Source of the DNA: Chitinophagaceae bacterium
Lineage (GTDB): Bacteria > Bacteroidota > Bacteroidia > Chitinophagales > Chitinophagaceae
Length of the DNA: 35,612 nt
Assembly: GCA_046594375.1 (NCBI GenBank)
Contig: JBKJSX010000110.1
Location: 1-35,612 of the forward strand
Direction: 5' to 3'
The notes beneath the pieces were generated by a model. The model was not told the origin of the DNA. It did no database searches and saw nothing but the letters and a program-made list of their open reading frames with translations. A program made the translations under genes and the position numbers. Of the stretch, positions 8,971 to 18,750 are shown piece by piece; within the stretch, counting starts at the first letter, position 1, and each line of letters opens with the position of its first letter.

Positions 8971-10128
8971 ATGAGAAAAAAGATTTCAATTTTTATTAAC
9001 TCTGTTTCCGCCGGAGGAGCTGAACGAGTTGTGTCGCTGCTGCTGAACGAATTGAAAACTGATCTGGATATTTATCTTGTTCTTCTCAACAAAAAGATTG
9101 AATACGATATTCCCGATGGACAAAAAATATTTTGTTTCAATCAGTCTGAGAAAGAAAATGGAATAATAAAAATCATAAAACTGCCTTATTTAGCACTTAG
9201 GTATAAACGCTTCTGCAAAAAAAACAAAATTGAAACAAGTTTATCATTTTTAAAAAGAGCTAATTATATTAATTGTTTAAGCAAAGTATATGGTTCGCAT
9301 AGTAAAATAATCATAAGCGAAAGAACATACTTATCAAATTATTTAAAATTTATTGGCAGATCAGGGAAGATCAGTGGTAAATATTTAACCAGGTGGCTCT
9401 ACCCAAAAGCTAAATTAATAATTACAAATTCTTTTTTAATTAAAACTGACCTGCAGAAAAATTTTAGTATCAATACAAAATTCCAGGTAATTCATAATCC
9501 TATCAATTTAGCTGCAATACAAGAGGCCGGAAATGTAGACGGTAATGCTACTTTATTTACAACTTTTACATTTATAAGTGTTGGTGGTTTAAGAAGGGAG
9601 AAAAATTATGAACTTTTAATAGAAGCATTTTATAAAATAAAGGATTTAGATTGCAAATTAATTTTAATAGGAAAGGGTGATCAGGAAAACAAATTGAAAG
9701 AGAAAGTAAAGTACCTGGAACTTGAGAACAGAATCATTTTCCAGGGATTCGATAATAATCCCTTTAAGTATTTATCAAAAGCAAATTGCTTTGTTTTATC
9801 ATCAAATTTTGAAGGATTTCCGAATTCAATGCAGGAAGCACTTGCCTGTAATTTACCGGTAATTTCTACCGATTGTCAATCCGGACCCAGAGAAATTTTG
9901 GCTTCAGAAACAGATATTAATAAGATTTTAGAGAACGATATTGAGATTTTAAAATATGGAATACTGGTGCCTGTAAATAATGCGGACCAACTTGCCCGTG
10001 CTATGAGATTAATTTATAACGATAATAATCTACAGAAAAATTTAAGGGAGAAAGCCTCTGAAAGAGCGAAAGACTTTGACATAGCTAAAATTGGTGATCA
10101 ATTTAAAAAAACTCTTTTTGCCTTATGA
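8971..10128 (+). CDS. Glycosyltransferase family 4, PglJ-like (putative alpha-1,4-GalNAc transferase)
   Basis: GGAERVV, KLPYLALRYKRFC, SNFEGFPN..QEALAC and DCQSGPREIL. The N-terminal half closely resembles Campylobacter PglJ as I recall it. Confidence 0.88.
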   Translation: MRKKISIFINSVSAGGAERVVSLLLNELKTDLDIYLVLLNKKIEYDIPDGQKIFCFNQSEKENGIIKIIKLPYLALRYKRFCKKNKIETSLSFLKRANYINCLSKVYGSHSKIIISERTYLSNYLKFIGRSGKISGKYLTRWLYPKAKLIITNSFLIKTDLQKNFSINTKFQVIHNPINLAAIQEAGNVDGNATLFTTFTFISVGGLRREKNYELLIEAFYKIKDLDCKLILIGKGDQENKLKEKVKYLELENRIIFQGFDNNPFKYLSKANCFVLSSNFEGFPNSMQEALACNLPVISTDCQSGPREILASETDINKILENDIEILKYGILVPVNNADQLARAMRLIYNDNNLQKNLREKASERAKDFDIAKIGDQFKKTLFAL

Positions 10129-10190
10129 AAGAATTTATAATAGCAACCTTAAAAATAATAATGGTTATATAACGTTCTATTAATACACAT

Positions 10191-11147
10191 ATGTCTATTG
10201 AATTTTTAGATCCCTTTACTCAGCAACCCCTGGCAGTCTGTGATGATGGATTAAAAGCAGGTAAAATCGTTTTTCCCATTATCAAAGGCGCTTATCGCAT
10301 AATTTCTGAAAATAATTATACGGATAGTTTTGGCTTTCAATGGAACAGGTTTGCCAAAATACAGATTGACAAATCTGCCAACCTTGAAATTTCTAAAAGG
10401 AGATTTTTTGCTGAGACCGGATGGGAAAAACAGGATCTTTCAGGAAAAAATATTTTAGAGGTAGGCTCCGGCGCTGGCAGGTTTAGCCAGATAATACTTG
10501 ATTTTACTAATGCGCAATTATATAGCGTTGACTATTCCAATGCTGTAGAAGTAAACTATAAAAACAACGGGCCGAATGTAAGGCTTCAATTATTCCAGGC
10601 GAGTATTTATGATCTGCCCTTTGCTCCCGCGCAATTCGATAAGGTAATTTGCCTGGGTGTACTACAGCACACGCCTGATGTGGAAAGATCTGTAAAAGCA
10701 TTGATTGATATGGCAAAGCCAGGCGGAGAAGTAATCGTTGATTTTTATCCCATCAAAGGTTGGTGGACAAAACTCCAGGCAAAATACATGCTGCGCAAAT
10801 TCACAAAAAAAATGGATCATGAAAAATTATATAAGAAGATCGATAAGAATGTTGATTGGATGATAAGAACATCAAGGTTTTTTTCTAAAATAAAATTGAA
10901 TAAGCTAAACAGGTTTTTGCCGCTGTGCGATATTGATGGAACGATGCCAAAAAATTTACCCTTTAGGCAATTGAGAGATCTCTGTGTGCTGGATACTTTT
11001 GATATGTTCTCTCCTGTATATGATCAACCTCAAAAAATAAGTACTGTTGTTAATTGGTTTAAAAAATATAACATGAAAGAAGTTTGGGGAGGAGAAATAA
11101 AATATGATAATGGAAAGGCAACGATGGTTAAGGGAATAAAACAATAA
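10191..11147 (+). CDS. Class I SAM-dependent methyltransferase with short Trm112-like N-terminal extension
   Basis: ILEVGSGAGRF, FDKVICLGVLQHTP, SFGFQW. N-terminal FLDP..QQPL...FPIIKG pattern. Confidence 0.88.
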   Translation: MSIEFLDPFTQQPLAVCDDGLKAGKIVFPIIKGAYRIISENNYTDSFGFQWNRFAKIQIDKSANLEISKRRFFAETGWEKQDLSGKNILEVGSGAGRFSQIILDFTNAQLYSVDYSNAVEVNYKNNGPNVRLQLFQASIYDLPFAPAQFDKVICLGVLQHTPDVERSVKALIDMAKPGGEVIVDFYPIKGWWTKLQAKYMLRKFTKKMDHEKLYKKIDKNVDWMIRTSRFFSKIKLNKLNRFLPLCDIDGTMPKNLPFRQLRDLCVLDTFDMFSPVYDQPQKISTVVNWFKKYNMKEVWGGEIKYDNGKATMVKGIKQ

Positions 11148-11185
11148 CTGACCAACCCGGAAAACAGGAATAAAGAAAACATTTA

Positions 11186-12007
11186 ATGATAGAATACGTA
11201 ATACAGGCACAAAATAAATTCTCACTGGGATTAAAAGAGCTATGGCAGTACCGTGAGCTGTTTTATTTTTTTACGTGGCGTGATGTAAAAGTAAAATACA
11301 AGCAGGCTGCATTAGGAATTATGTGGGCAATATTGCAGCCATTAATCATGATGGTAATGTTTACCTTAATTTTTAGCAAGGCATTAAATGTTAGCAGCGA
11401 TGGTATTCCTTATCCTGTTTTTGCTTTAAGCGGATTACTCATCTGGAATATTTTCAGCAATGGCCTGCTCAACAGCGCTAATAGCATGGTTTCAAATGCC
11501 AATATAATTAAGAAAATCTATTTTCCACGTTTGATAGTTCCTATTAGTGCAATACTTACTTCACTTGTAGATTTTTTCTTTTCATTGATAATTTATGCAC
11601 TCGTTCTAATTTATTATCACCAGGATGTAAGTATCATAAAATTATTTTTGTACCTGCCTTTAGGTATATTAATAACACTTGTAACAACTTTTGGCTTAGG
11701 AAGTTTTTTAGCAGCCCTTAATGTAAAATACCGCGACTTTCAATACTTGCTTCCATTTATGATACAGTTTTTATTGTTCGCCAACCCGGTATTGTATTCA
11801 ACAAAAGCATTTACAAATCCTTACATAAATGGTGTGATGAAAGCAAATCCTATTGCATCCTCTATACAACTTTGCCGTAGTGTATTTACCGGCCAAGCTG
11901 TGGATTGGCAGGCTGTGTCTACAGGCAGTGTTGTAGCATTATTATTATTGATACTGGGAATATATACTTTTAGAAAAACCGAATCTTATTTTGCCGATTT
12001 AGTATAA
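11186..12007 (+). CDS. wzm: ABC-2 polysaccharide export permease
   Basis: ELWQYREL..FFTWRDVKVKYKQAALG..WAILQP, KKIYFPR, NVKYRD. About six TM helices, directly upstream of wzt. Confidence 0.93.
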   Translation: MIEYVIQAQNKFSLGLKELWQYRELFYFFTWRDVKVKYKQAALGIMWAILQPLIMMVMFTLIFSKALNVSSDGIPYPVFALSGLLIWNIFSNGLLNSANSMVSNANIIKKIYFPRLIVPISAILTSLVDFFFSLIIYALVLIYYHQDVSIIKLFLYLPLGILITLVTTFGLGSFLAALNVKYRDFQYLLPFMIQFLLFANPVLYSTKAFTNPYINGVMKANPIASSIQLCRSVFTGQAVDWQAVSTGSVVALLLLILGIYTFRKTESYFADLV

Positions 12008-12009
12008 TT

Positions 12010-13197
12010 ATGAAACCGATATTAGAAGTAAAACATATTACCAAACAATTTAAAATTGGAAGCCGGCAGGAGAGGTATCTTTCTTTAAGGGATGTTATTG
12101 CTAATCCTTTCAGGAAAAAAAATAATGATGGTAAAACATTTTTGGCATTGGATGATATAAACTTTGATGTTTATCCCGGAGAAAGCATAGGAATAATTGG
12201 AAGAAATGGAGCCGGCAAAAGCACGTTACTAAAAATACTTAGCAGAATAACGCCGCCAACAAGTGGTAAAATAATTTGTCGCGGACGGGTAGCGAGTTTA
12301 TTGGAAGTGGGTACGGGCTTTCATCCTGAATTAAGTGGCCGTGAAAATATTTATATGAATGGAAGCATACTCGGTATGCGAAAATTTGAGATTGACAAAC
12401 ATTTTGACAGCATTGTAGATTTTAGCGGAGTAGAAAAATTTATTGATACACCATTAAAACATTTCAGCAGTGGAATGCAATTGCGTTTAGCGTTTGCTGT
12501 TGCTGCTTTTCTTGAACCCGAAATATTGGTTATTGATGAAGTGCTTGCAGTAGGTGATGCTGAATTTCAAAAAAAATGTTTAGGTAAAATGGATGAAGTG
12601 AGTAAGAGCGGAAGAACAGTTTTGTTTGTTAGTCATAACATGGGAGTGATCGCTGACCTTTGCAAAAAAGGCGTTCTATTAAATCATGGAAAATTAATAA
12701 TGCATGACGATGTAACCGTTGTACTTGATAAGTACAACACGCTTTTATCTTCTTCACTTGTATCTTATCAAAATGATATTGCAGCTAATACTGAAACGAT
12801 ATTTATTAATTCCGTAACCATGGAAAGCAGGAGCGGTAATAATATTTTTTCTTTTGAAGAAGATATTGTTGTGCAAATAAAAATAAATATAGAAAGCGGT
12901 TTTTTTGAAGGCATTAACCTTGGTGTAGCTTTACTGGATAAATGGAAAAGAAAAGTTTTTACAGCGCATAATAAAATAACAGACCCGCACAAGAAGGAAT
13001 ATAATTTAGTGATACCAAAAGCGGTTTTTCTTACAGGAGGGTATTCATTAGATGCTAGTTTGTTTGTGCCACAAGGCAGGATTTTACAATATTTAAAAGA
13101 CATTTGTCCTTTTGATGTTTCAGACTTCACTTCTGATATGTCGCAATATGCAAATGCCGATACCGGAATAATAAACTTGCCTTGTAAATGGGAATAA
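12010..13197 (+). CDS. wzt: ABC polysaccharide export ATPase with C-terminal Wzt_C-type domain
   Basis: Walker A GRNGAGKST, signature FSSGMQLRL, Walker B ILVIDEVLAVGD, H-loop VSH. Has a C-terminal extension of about 150 aa. Confidence 0.95.
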   Translation: MKPILEVKHITKQFKIGSRQERYLSLRDVIANPFRKKNNDGKTFLALDDINFDVYPGESIGIIGRNGAGKSTLLKILSRITPPTSGKIICRGRVASLLEVGTGFHPELSGRENIYMNGSILGMRKFEIDKHFDSIVDFSGVEKFIDTPLKHFSSGMQLRLAFAVAAFLEPEILVIDEVLAVGDAEFQKKCLGKMDEVSKSGRTVLFVSHNMGVIADLCKKGVLLNHGKLIMHDDVTVVLDKYNTLLSSSLVSYQNDIAANTETIFINSVTMESRSGNNIFSFEEDIVVQIKINIESGFFEGINLGVALLDKWKRKVFTAHNKITDPHKKEYNLVIPKAVFLTGGYSLDASLFVPQGRILQYLKDICPFDVSDFTSDMSQYANADTGIINLPCKWE

Positions 13198-13814
13198 AAC
13201 GAATCATAAAAAAGGCAGTTTCTTCATTAGGTATCAAAAGCAGGGATCGCTTACCTGCAGGCTATTATAAATTACATGGCTCAGCAGAAGCAAAAAATTC
13301 AACTATTGGAAACTACACATATGTATCAACCGGAACACTTATTCAATCGGCAGATATTGGAAAATTTTGTTCCATCGGCCCTAATACTGTTATTGGTTAT
13401 GGAAACCATCCAATAGACTTTATTTCTACATCACCATTGTTCTATCATACCGGGCTGATATTTGAAAAAACATTTGCAGATAAAGAAGCATTTGTAACTT
13501 ATGAAAGAGTAACAATAGGCAATGATGTTTGGATAGGTTCTAATGTTTATATCAGAAATGGTGCTACAATAGGACATGGTAGTATAATTGCTGCTGGTGC
13601 AGTTATAACTAAAGATGTACCTCCTTATGCGATTGTTGGCGGTGTGCCTGCAAAGTTAATAAAATACAGATTTCCAGAAAATATCATTAAAGAATTATTA
13701 AGAATTAAATGGTGGAATTGGAGTGATGAAGTGCTTCAGGAAAAACAAAAGCATTTTATCACAAATGATATCATCGCGATTGAAAATTTTATAAAACAAT
13801 GTAATGAGGTCTGA
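13188..13814 (+). CDS. Left-handed beta-helix O-acetyltransferase (CatB/Vat-like XAT family)
   Basis: IGKFCSIG, NHP, VTIGNDVWIG, AGAVITKDVPPYAIVGGVPAK..KYRF, WWNW. Overlaps the wzt stop by 10 nt. Confidence 0.9.
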   Translation: MGIKRIIKKAVSSLGIKSRDRLPAGYYKLHGSAEAKNSTIGNYTYVSTGTLIQSADIGKFCSIGPNTVIGYGNHPIDFISTSPLFYHTGLIFEKTFADKEAFVTYERVTIGNDVWIGSNVYIRNGATIGHGSIIAAGAVITKDVPPYAIVGGVPAKLIKYRFPENIIKELLRIKWWNWSDEVLQEKQKHFITNDIIAIENFIKQCNEV

Positions 13815-14520
13815 AAACTTATCACGTTTATCCGATACAAAAGTCACTAAACTCAGTGCCTACTATTTGCATTACAGAACTTTTCATTCGGCACTGTTTT
13901 CTTCCTTATCAAGATTTGCAAAAGGAAGACTTCTGGATATTGGATGCGGAAATAAACCTTATGAAAAAATAGTAGAAGGAAAAATAACAGAATACATTGG
14001 TTGCGATATTATTCAATCCGATCTAAATAAAGTTGATATTTTATGTGAAGCAAATAATATTCCTCTTCAGGATAATTCTTTTGACACAGCTTTTTCTACA
14101 CAAACAATTGAGCATGTAGAGGATCATCAGGGCCTGGTGAATGAAGCATATCGTTTAATAAAACCCGGAGGATACTTTATTATTTCAGGTCCTATGTATT
14201 GGCATTTGCATGAGGAGCCTTATGATTTTTTCAGGTTCACAAAATATGGCTTTACATATATTTTTGAAAAAGCAGGTTTTGAAATTGTTGAGGTAATACC
14301 AAATGGTGGTGCATGGGCAACAGCAGGACAAACATTAATACATTCATTTTCACTTAGCAAAAGCAAAAATTTTTTTATTCATGTATCACGGTTTCTATTT
14401 TTTAAGCTACGCATGCAATGGATTATCAATTCATTTTTTTCATGGTTAGATAAAGTTGATCACAATACGGTAAACACAATGAACTATGTAGTGATCGGCA
14501 AAAAACCAAACCAGTTATAA
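13804..14520 (+). CDS. Class I SAM-dependent methyltransferase (Methyltransf_11-like)
   Basis: LLDIGCGNKPY, TQTIEHV, LIKPGG, HEEPYDFFRFT. Confidence 0.9.
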   Translation: MRSENLSRLSDTKVTKLSAYYLHYRTFHSALFSSLSRFAKGRLLDIGCGNKPYEKIVEGKITEYIGCDIIQSDLNKVDILCEANNIPLQDNSFDTAFSTQTIEHVEDHQGLVNEAYRLIKPGGYFIISGPMYWHLHEEPYDFFRFTKYGFTYIFEKAGFEIVEVIPNGGAWATAGQTLIHSFSLSKSKNFFIHVSRFLFFKLRMQWIINSFFSWLDKVDHNTVNTMNYVVIGKKPNQL

Positions 14521-14526
14521 AATATT

Positions 14527-15360
14527 ATGCTGCCAGTTATATCCATAATTATTCCTTGTTATAATCATGGTCAATATTTGCGTGAATGCATAAACAGTGT
14601 AGAGCAATGCAGTGATAAAAATTTGTATGAAATAATTATTTTAAACGATGGGTCAACCGATAAACTTACCATTGAATTATTACAACAATTAACTGAAGAA
14701 GGTTACAATGTAATTAACCAGGCAAACCAGGGATTGGGGGCTGCAAGAAATAATGCTATAAAAAAAGCAGAGGGCAAATATATTTTACCATTGGATAGTG
14801 ACAATAAAATATACCCCGAATACATATTTGAAAGCATTAAAATATTAGATGAACATCCTGCAATCGCAATGGTTTATGGAGATTCAGAATATTTTGGAGA
14901 TAAGACAGGATTAAATAAAGTAGGAGAATTTAATTTACAAAAACTAATGATAGCGAATTATATTGATGCCTGCGCTGTTTACCGAAAATCTGCATGGGAG
15001 GCATTGGGTGGTTATGATGAAAACATGCCTGTAATGGGAATGGAGGATTGGGATTTTTGGTTAAACATGGTTTTAAATGGTTATGAATTCCACTATATTC
15101 CAAAAATTCTTTTTAAATATAGAGTACTAGGGCATTCAATGCATACTTACATTCATTCCAATAATGCAGTAGTTCTCGAAGCATACCTGCAAAAAAAATA
15201 TAAAAAATATTTAAATCTTAATTATTTAAATGAAGTTTTACTTGAAGCAGGAAAAAGAAATAAAAAATTAGCCATAAAATTTTTACTGGCTTTATACTTT
15301 CCATCCCTTCTTGATTTTTTAGTTAAACGGAAAATCATTAAAAGACCGGGCATTTTTTAA
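14527..15360 (+). CDS. Glycosyltransferase family 2
   Basis: SIIIPCYNHG, NDGSTD, NQGLGAARN, DxD (LDSD), EDWDFW. Confidence 0.92.
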   Translation: MLPVISIIIPCYNHGQYLRECINSVEQCSDKNLYEIIILNDGSTDKLTIELLQQLTEEGYNVINQANQGLGAARNNAIKKAEGKYILPLDSDNKIYPEYIFESIKILDEHPAIAMVYGDSEYFGDKTGLNKVGEFNLQKLMIANYIDACAVYRKSAWEALGGYDENMPVMGMEDWDFWLNMVLNGYEFHYIPKILFKYRVLGHSMHTYIHSNNAVVLEAYLQKKYKKYLNLNYLNEVLLEAGKRNKKLAIKFLLALYFPSLLDFLVKRKIIKRPGIF

Positions 15361-15413
15361 AGTTATTTTAAAGTAAAAGTATTTTTCTTGATTTGGCTTA
15401 TAAATTAAATTAC

Positions 15414-16400
15414 ATGCTGAGCATTATCATTTGCCATAGAAAAATTGAATTACTCAATGCAATAAAAAAAAGTATTAAATCTACCATAGGTGTCCCCTAT
15501 GAGCTTATAATAATCGATAATACAAACAACCAATTTTCAATTTTTTCTGCATACAATGAAGGAGTAAAAAAAGCAGGAAATGATATTGTATGTTTTGTTC
15601 ACGAAGACATTTTGTTCCATACAATCGATTGGGGGGGGAAAGTAGTAACTCATTTTAATGATCCACAAGTTGGCATGATAGGAGTTCTGGGCGGAATGGC
15701 TCAATCAGGCGTTCCGTCTCCATGGTGGTCCAATAATTATCTTGCAAAAAGCGCCAGAAACCTCTTAATGAAAAATGCTGAGAAAAAAAATGAGAAATTG
15801 TACCAATATTATAGCAACCCTTTTAATGATATTGATAAAACTGAAGTTATAATAATTGATGGTTTGTGGTTCTGTATCAGAAAATCATTGTTTGCTAAAA
15901 TTACATTCGATGATAAAACGTTTACAGGTTTTCATTTATATGATGCTGATATAAGTATGCAAGTAAACCAATATGCAAAAAATTATGTGGTGTTTGATAT
16001 ATTAGTTGAGCATTTATGGAGCGGCATTATTGGTAAAGAATATTATTTAGACTTACTAAAGTTTACAAATAAATGGGGAAGCCAATTGCCCAAACAAACT
16101 GAAAAAGTTGAAAGTGATTACATGTTAAAATATAACTGGCATGCATTAAGAAACCTCGTTCTGGAACTAAAAACAAAAGATTTTTCTAAAGAATTTATAG
16201 CAGCGATTATCAAAAAATATTGGCCAGTGTCCACAAAAAAATATAATTCACGATGGTTCCTATTTTATTTCTATTTATCACAAATAATTGGGTACGCAAA
16301 TACTAATAGGATGTTTTACAGGTTGGAAAAATTGAGTGGGTTTTGCAAAATGCCGGACTATAGAAAAACAGTTTATATAGAAAACAATACCCTTAACTAA
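15414..16400 (+). CDS. GT-A fold glycosyltransferase (GT2-like)
   Basis: MLSIIIC, ELIIIDN, AYNEG, FVHEDI, IDGLW, FHLYDAD. ATG 15414 is preferred over the ORF-track TTG at 15393. Contains a G8 tract. Confidence 0.82.
   Translation: MLSIIICHRKIELLNAIKKSIKSTIGVPYELIIIDNTNNQFSIFSAYNEGVKKAGNDIVCFVHEDILFHTIDWGGKVVTHFNDPQVGMIGVLGGMAQSGVPSPWWSNNYLAKSARNLLMKNAEKKNEKLYQYYSNPFNDIDKTEVIIIDGLWFCIRKSLFAKITFDDKTFTGFHLYDADISMQVNQYAKNYVVFDILVEHLWSGIIGKEYYLDLLKFTNKWGSQLPKQTEKVESDYMLKYNWHALRNLVLELKTKDFSKEFIAAIIKKYWPVSTKKYNSRWFLFYFYLSQIIGYANTNRMFYRLEKLSGFCKMPDYRKTVYIENNTLN
15631..15638 (+). repeat. Poly-G (G8) homopolymer inside a glycosyltransferase gene
   Basis: gatt-GGGGGGGG-aaag, encoding W-G-G. Confidence 0.85.
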
Positions 16401-16405
16401 AAACA

Positions 16406-17494
16406 ATGCAGAGAGTTTTGTTTATACTTAAGGACCTTAGCGGTGGCGGCGCTGAAAGAGTATTTGTAAATATTGCTAACGCGTTTTTTGAAAATAATAT
16501 TAAAGTAGAGCTTTTAGTGGGGAAAAAAGGGGGGGAGTACGATGATATTCTACATCCTTCAATTCCTGTTTCTGAAGTAGGAGGTACGTCGTTTTATACT
16601 TACCTCCGTGTTTTCCCCCGGTTTTTTAAAAAGAATGCATATACCCATATTTTTACAGTCAGCGATTATACCGGCGCCGCTGCAATAATTATAAAAAAAC
16701 TAACAGCGATAACTGCAAAAATTTATGTTACTCACCATTACTCGTATCCTGCATCAAGGAAGATAAAATATTTAAAAAGTGATGCAGTTTTAAAATTGAT
16801 GCATTATTTTATTACGCCGCATGCCGATAAAATAATTGCGGTAAGTAAAGGTAGTTTGGAGTGGCTTCGTAAATTTAGCCACCATAAATTACCACACGGA
16901 ATCTTTATTTATAATCCCGTCTTTAACGATACAATTTATTCATTAGCTCCTGAGCCGGTAAAATTTCCCATAGATATAAAAGACAAAATTGTATTATTAA
17001 CTGCAGGCAGGTTAGCTGAACAGAAAGATCATATTACATTATTAAAAGCATTTAGTATTGTTAAGCAAACTTATAAAAATGCAGTACTATTTATTTTAGG
17101 CATAGGCCCTTTGGAATCAATCCTTAAAAAATATATAGATCATAATAATCTAACTGGGAGTGTTTTTTTAAGTGGCTTTCAAACTAATCCTTATAAATGG
17201 ATTTCAAAAAGTAATGTTTTTGTTTTATCATCCATATATGAAGGTTTTGGAAATGTTATTGTGGAAGCCATGGCTTTAGGTAAAACAGTAGTTAGTACAA
17301 ATTGCCCTTCCGGACCAGACGAAATTTTGCAAAATGGAGCCTATGGCTATTTGTGTAATGTAAAGGATTCAGACGGAATGGCTGCATTAATCATCAAGGC
17401 TATACAAAAACCTTTTGATAAAGACATCTTAATGTCTGCTAGTAATAAATACAGAATTAATGAAATTGTAAAAAAATATATTGAAATACTCTAA
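16406..17494 (+). CDS. Glycosyltransferase family 4
   Basis: GGGAERV, AGRLAEQKD, YEGFGNVIVEAM, NCPSGPDEIL. Contains a G7 tract. Confidence 0.92.
   Translation: MQRVLFILKDLSGGGAERVFVNIANAFFENNIKVELLVGKKGGEYDDILHPSIPVSEVGGTSFYTYLRVFPRFFKKNAYTHIFTVSDYTGAAAIIIKKLTAITAKIYVTHHYSYPASRKIKYLKSDAVLKLMHYFITPHADKIIAVSKGSLEWLRKFSHHKLPHGIFIYNPVFNDTIYSLAPEPVKFPIDIKDKIVLLTAGRLAEQKDHITLLKAFSIVKQTYKNAVLFILGIGPLESILKKYIDHNNLTGSVFLSGFQTNPYKWISKSNVFVLSSIYEGFGNVIVEAMALGKTVVSTNCPSGPDEILQNGAYGYLCNVKDSDGMAALIIKAIQKPFDKDILMSASNKYRINEIVKKYIEIL
16529..16535 (+). repeat. Poly-G (G7) homopolymer preceded by G4-A6 in the 5' part of a glycosyltransferase gene
   Basis: gt-GGGG-AAAAAA-GGGGGGG-agt (16519-16535). Confidence 0.8.
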
Positions 17495-17518
17495 ACAGAT
17501 AGAAAGTACTTATAACAC

Positions 17519-18748
17519 ATGAAAAATATTCTCTTTATTTCGTATGATGGATTGACCGACCCTCTTGGTCAAAGCCAGATAATTCCTTACCTCGCCGGCT
17601 TAACAAAATATGATTATCGGTTCACCATTTTAAGCTGTGACAAACCAGATCTGTTTAAAAATAATAAAGAGTACGTGGAAAAGCTTATCATGGGATATCC
17701 GATAACATGGGTATCTGTTCCATACCATAAAAGCCCTGTAATTCTTTCATCAGTGTTTGACTTTTACCAGTTAAAAAAAAAGGCTAAAAAGCTAAATAAA
17801 AAAGAAAGGTTTGATATGGTGCATACGCGGCCAGGGGTTCCTACCCTTGTTGCATTATGGTTAAAAAGAAAGTATGGAATAAAATTCTTAAATGATATAA
17901 GAGGTTTTTGGGCGGATGAAAGAGTTGATGGAGGTATGTGGAACTTAAAGAATCCTGTATTTAAAAAAATATATAATTTTTTTAAAAATCATGAATATGA
18001 ATGCATAGAGAAAGCTGATTATAACATATGCCTTACTTACCGGGCAAAAGAAGAAATGGATAGTTGGGAAAATATCATCAACCAGCCTATTCCAATTGAA
18101 GTGATACCATGCAGTGTTGATTTGGATTTATTTAATCCCTCCAAAATTGATAAATTGCTGCAACAACAACTTAAAACAGAATTAAAAATTAACGATGAAG
18201 ATTTTATTATAAGCTACCTCGGCTCTATTGGTGGTTCGTATCTCATAGATGAGATGATGCAATTTTGTAAAATATTACATACTAAAATACCTAAAACAAA
18301 ATTTTTATTTATTTCTCCACACCGGCATGAAGTAATTTTAAAAGTCGCGAAAAAATATGATATCCCTACTGATAGAATAATTGTGAAAAGAGGGCTTCGC
18401 CACGAAGTACCAGTATTATTATCTTTTAGTAACTATTCATTATTTTTCATTAAGTCATCTTACTCAAAAATTTCTTGTTCACCCACTAAGCATGGAGAAA
18501 TAATGGGGATGGGAATTCCCGTTATTACTCTTGCGGGAGTAGGAGATGTAAAAGAAATAATAACAAAATATAATGCAGGAATTGTACTGGAATCTTTAAA
18601 TATTTTGGAATATGAAAAGGCGGCGATAATAATTGCAGAAAAAACGGGATTTAATAAAGAAGAAATTATGAGGGGTGCAAAAGAGTATTACGATCTTAAC
18701 GCTGCTATTCAAAAATATCGGTACGTTTATAAAAAAATATTAGGCTAA
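17519..18748 (+). CDS. Glycosyltransferase family 4-like (GT-B)
   Basis: ISYDGLTDPLGQSQI.PYL, DIRGFWADER, YLGSIGG, SPTK.GE.MG.G.PVI. Confidence 0.85.
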   Translation: MKNILFISYDGLTDPLGQSQIIPYLAGLTKYDYRFTILSCDKPDLFKNNKEYVEKLIMGYPITWVSVPYHKSPVILSSVFDFYQLKKKAKKLNKKERFDMVHTRPGVPTLVALWLKRKYGIKFLNDIRGFWADERVDGGMWNLKNPVFKKIYNFFKNHEYECIEKADYNICLTYRAKEEMDSWENIINQPIPIEVIPCSVDLDLFNPSKIDKLLQQQLKTELKINDEDFIISYLGSIGGSYLIDEMMQFCKILHTKIPKTKFLFISPHRHEVILKVAKKYDIPTDRIIVKRGLRHEVPVLLSFSNYSLFFIKSSYSKISCSPTKHGEIMGMGIPVITLAGVGDVKEIITKYNAGIVLESLNILEYEKAAIIIAEKTGFNKEEIMRGAKEYYDLNAAIQKYRYVYKKILG

Positions 18749-18750
18749 AT

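Noticed and set aside
13188-13814. Apparent CatB/Vat antibiotic-resistance acetyltransferase
   Set aside because: It overlaps wzt and a methyltransferase inside a glycan operon with no mobile context. A sugar O-acyltransferase of the same fold is more parsimonious.
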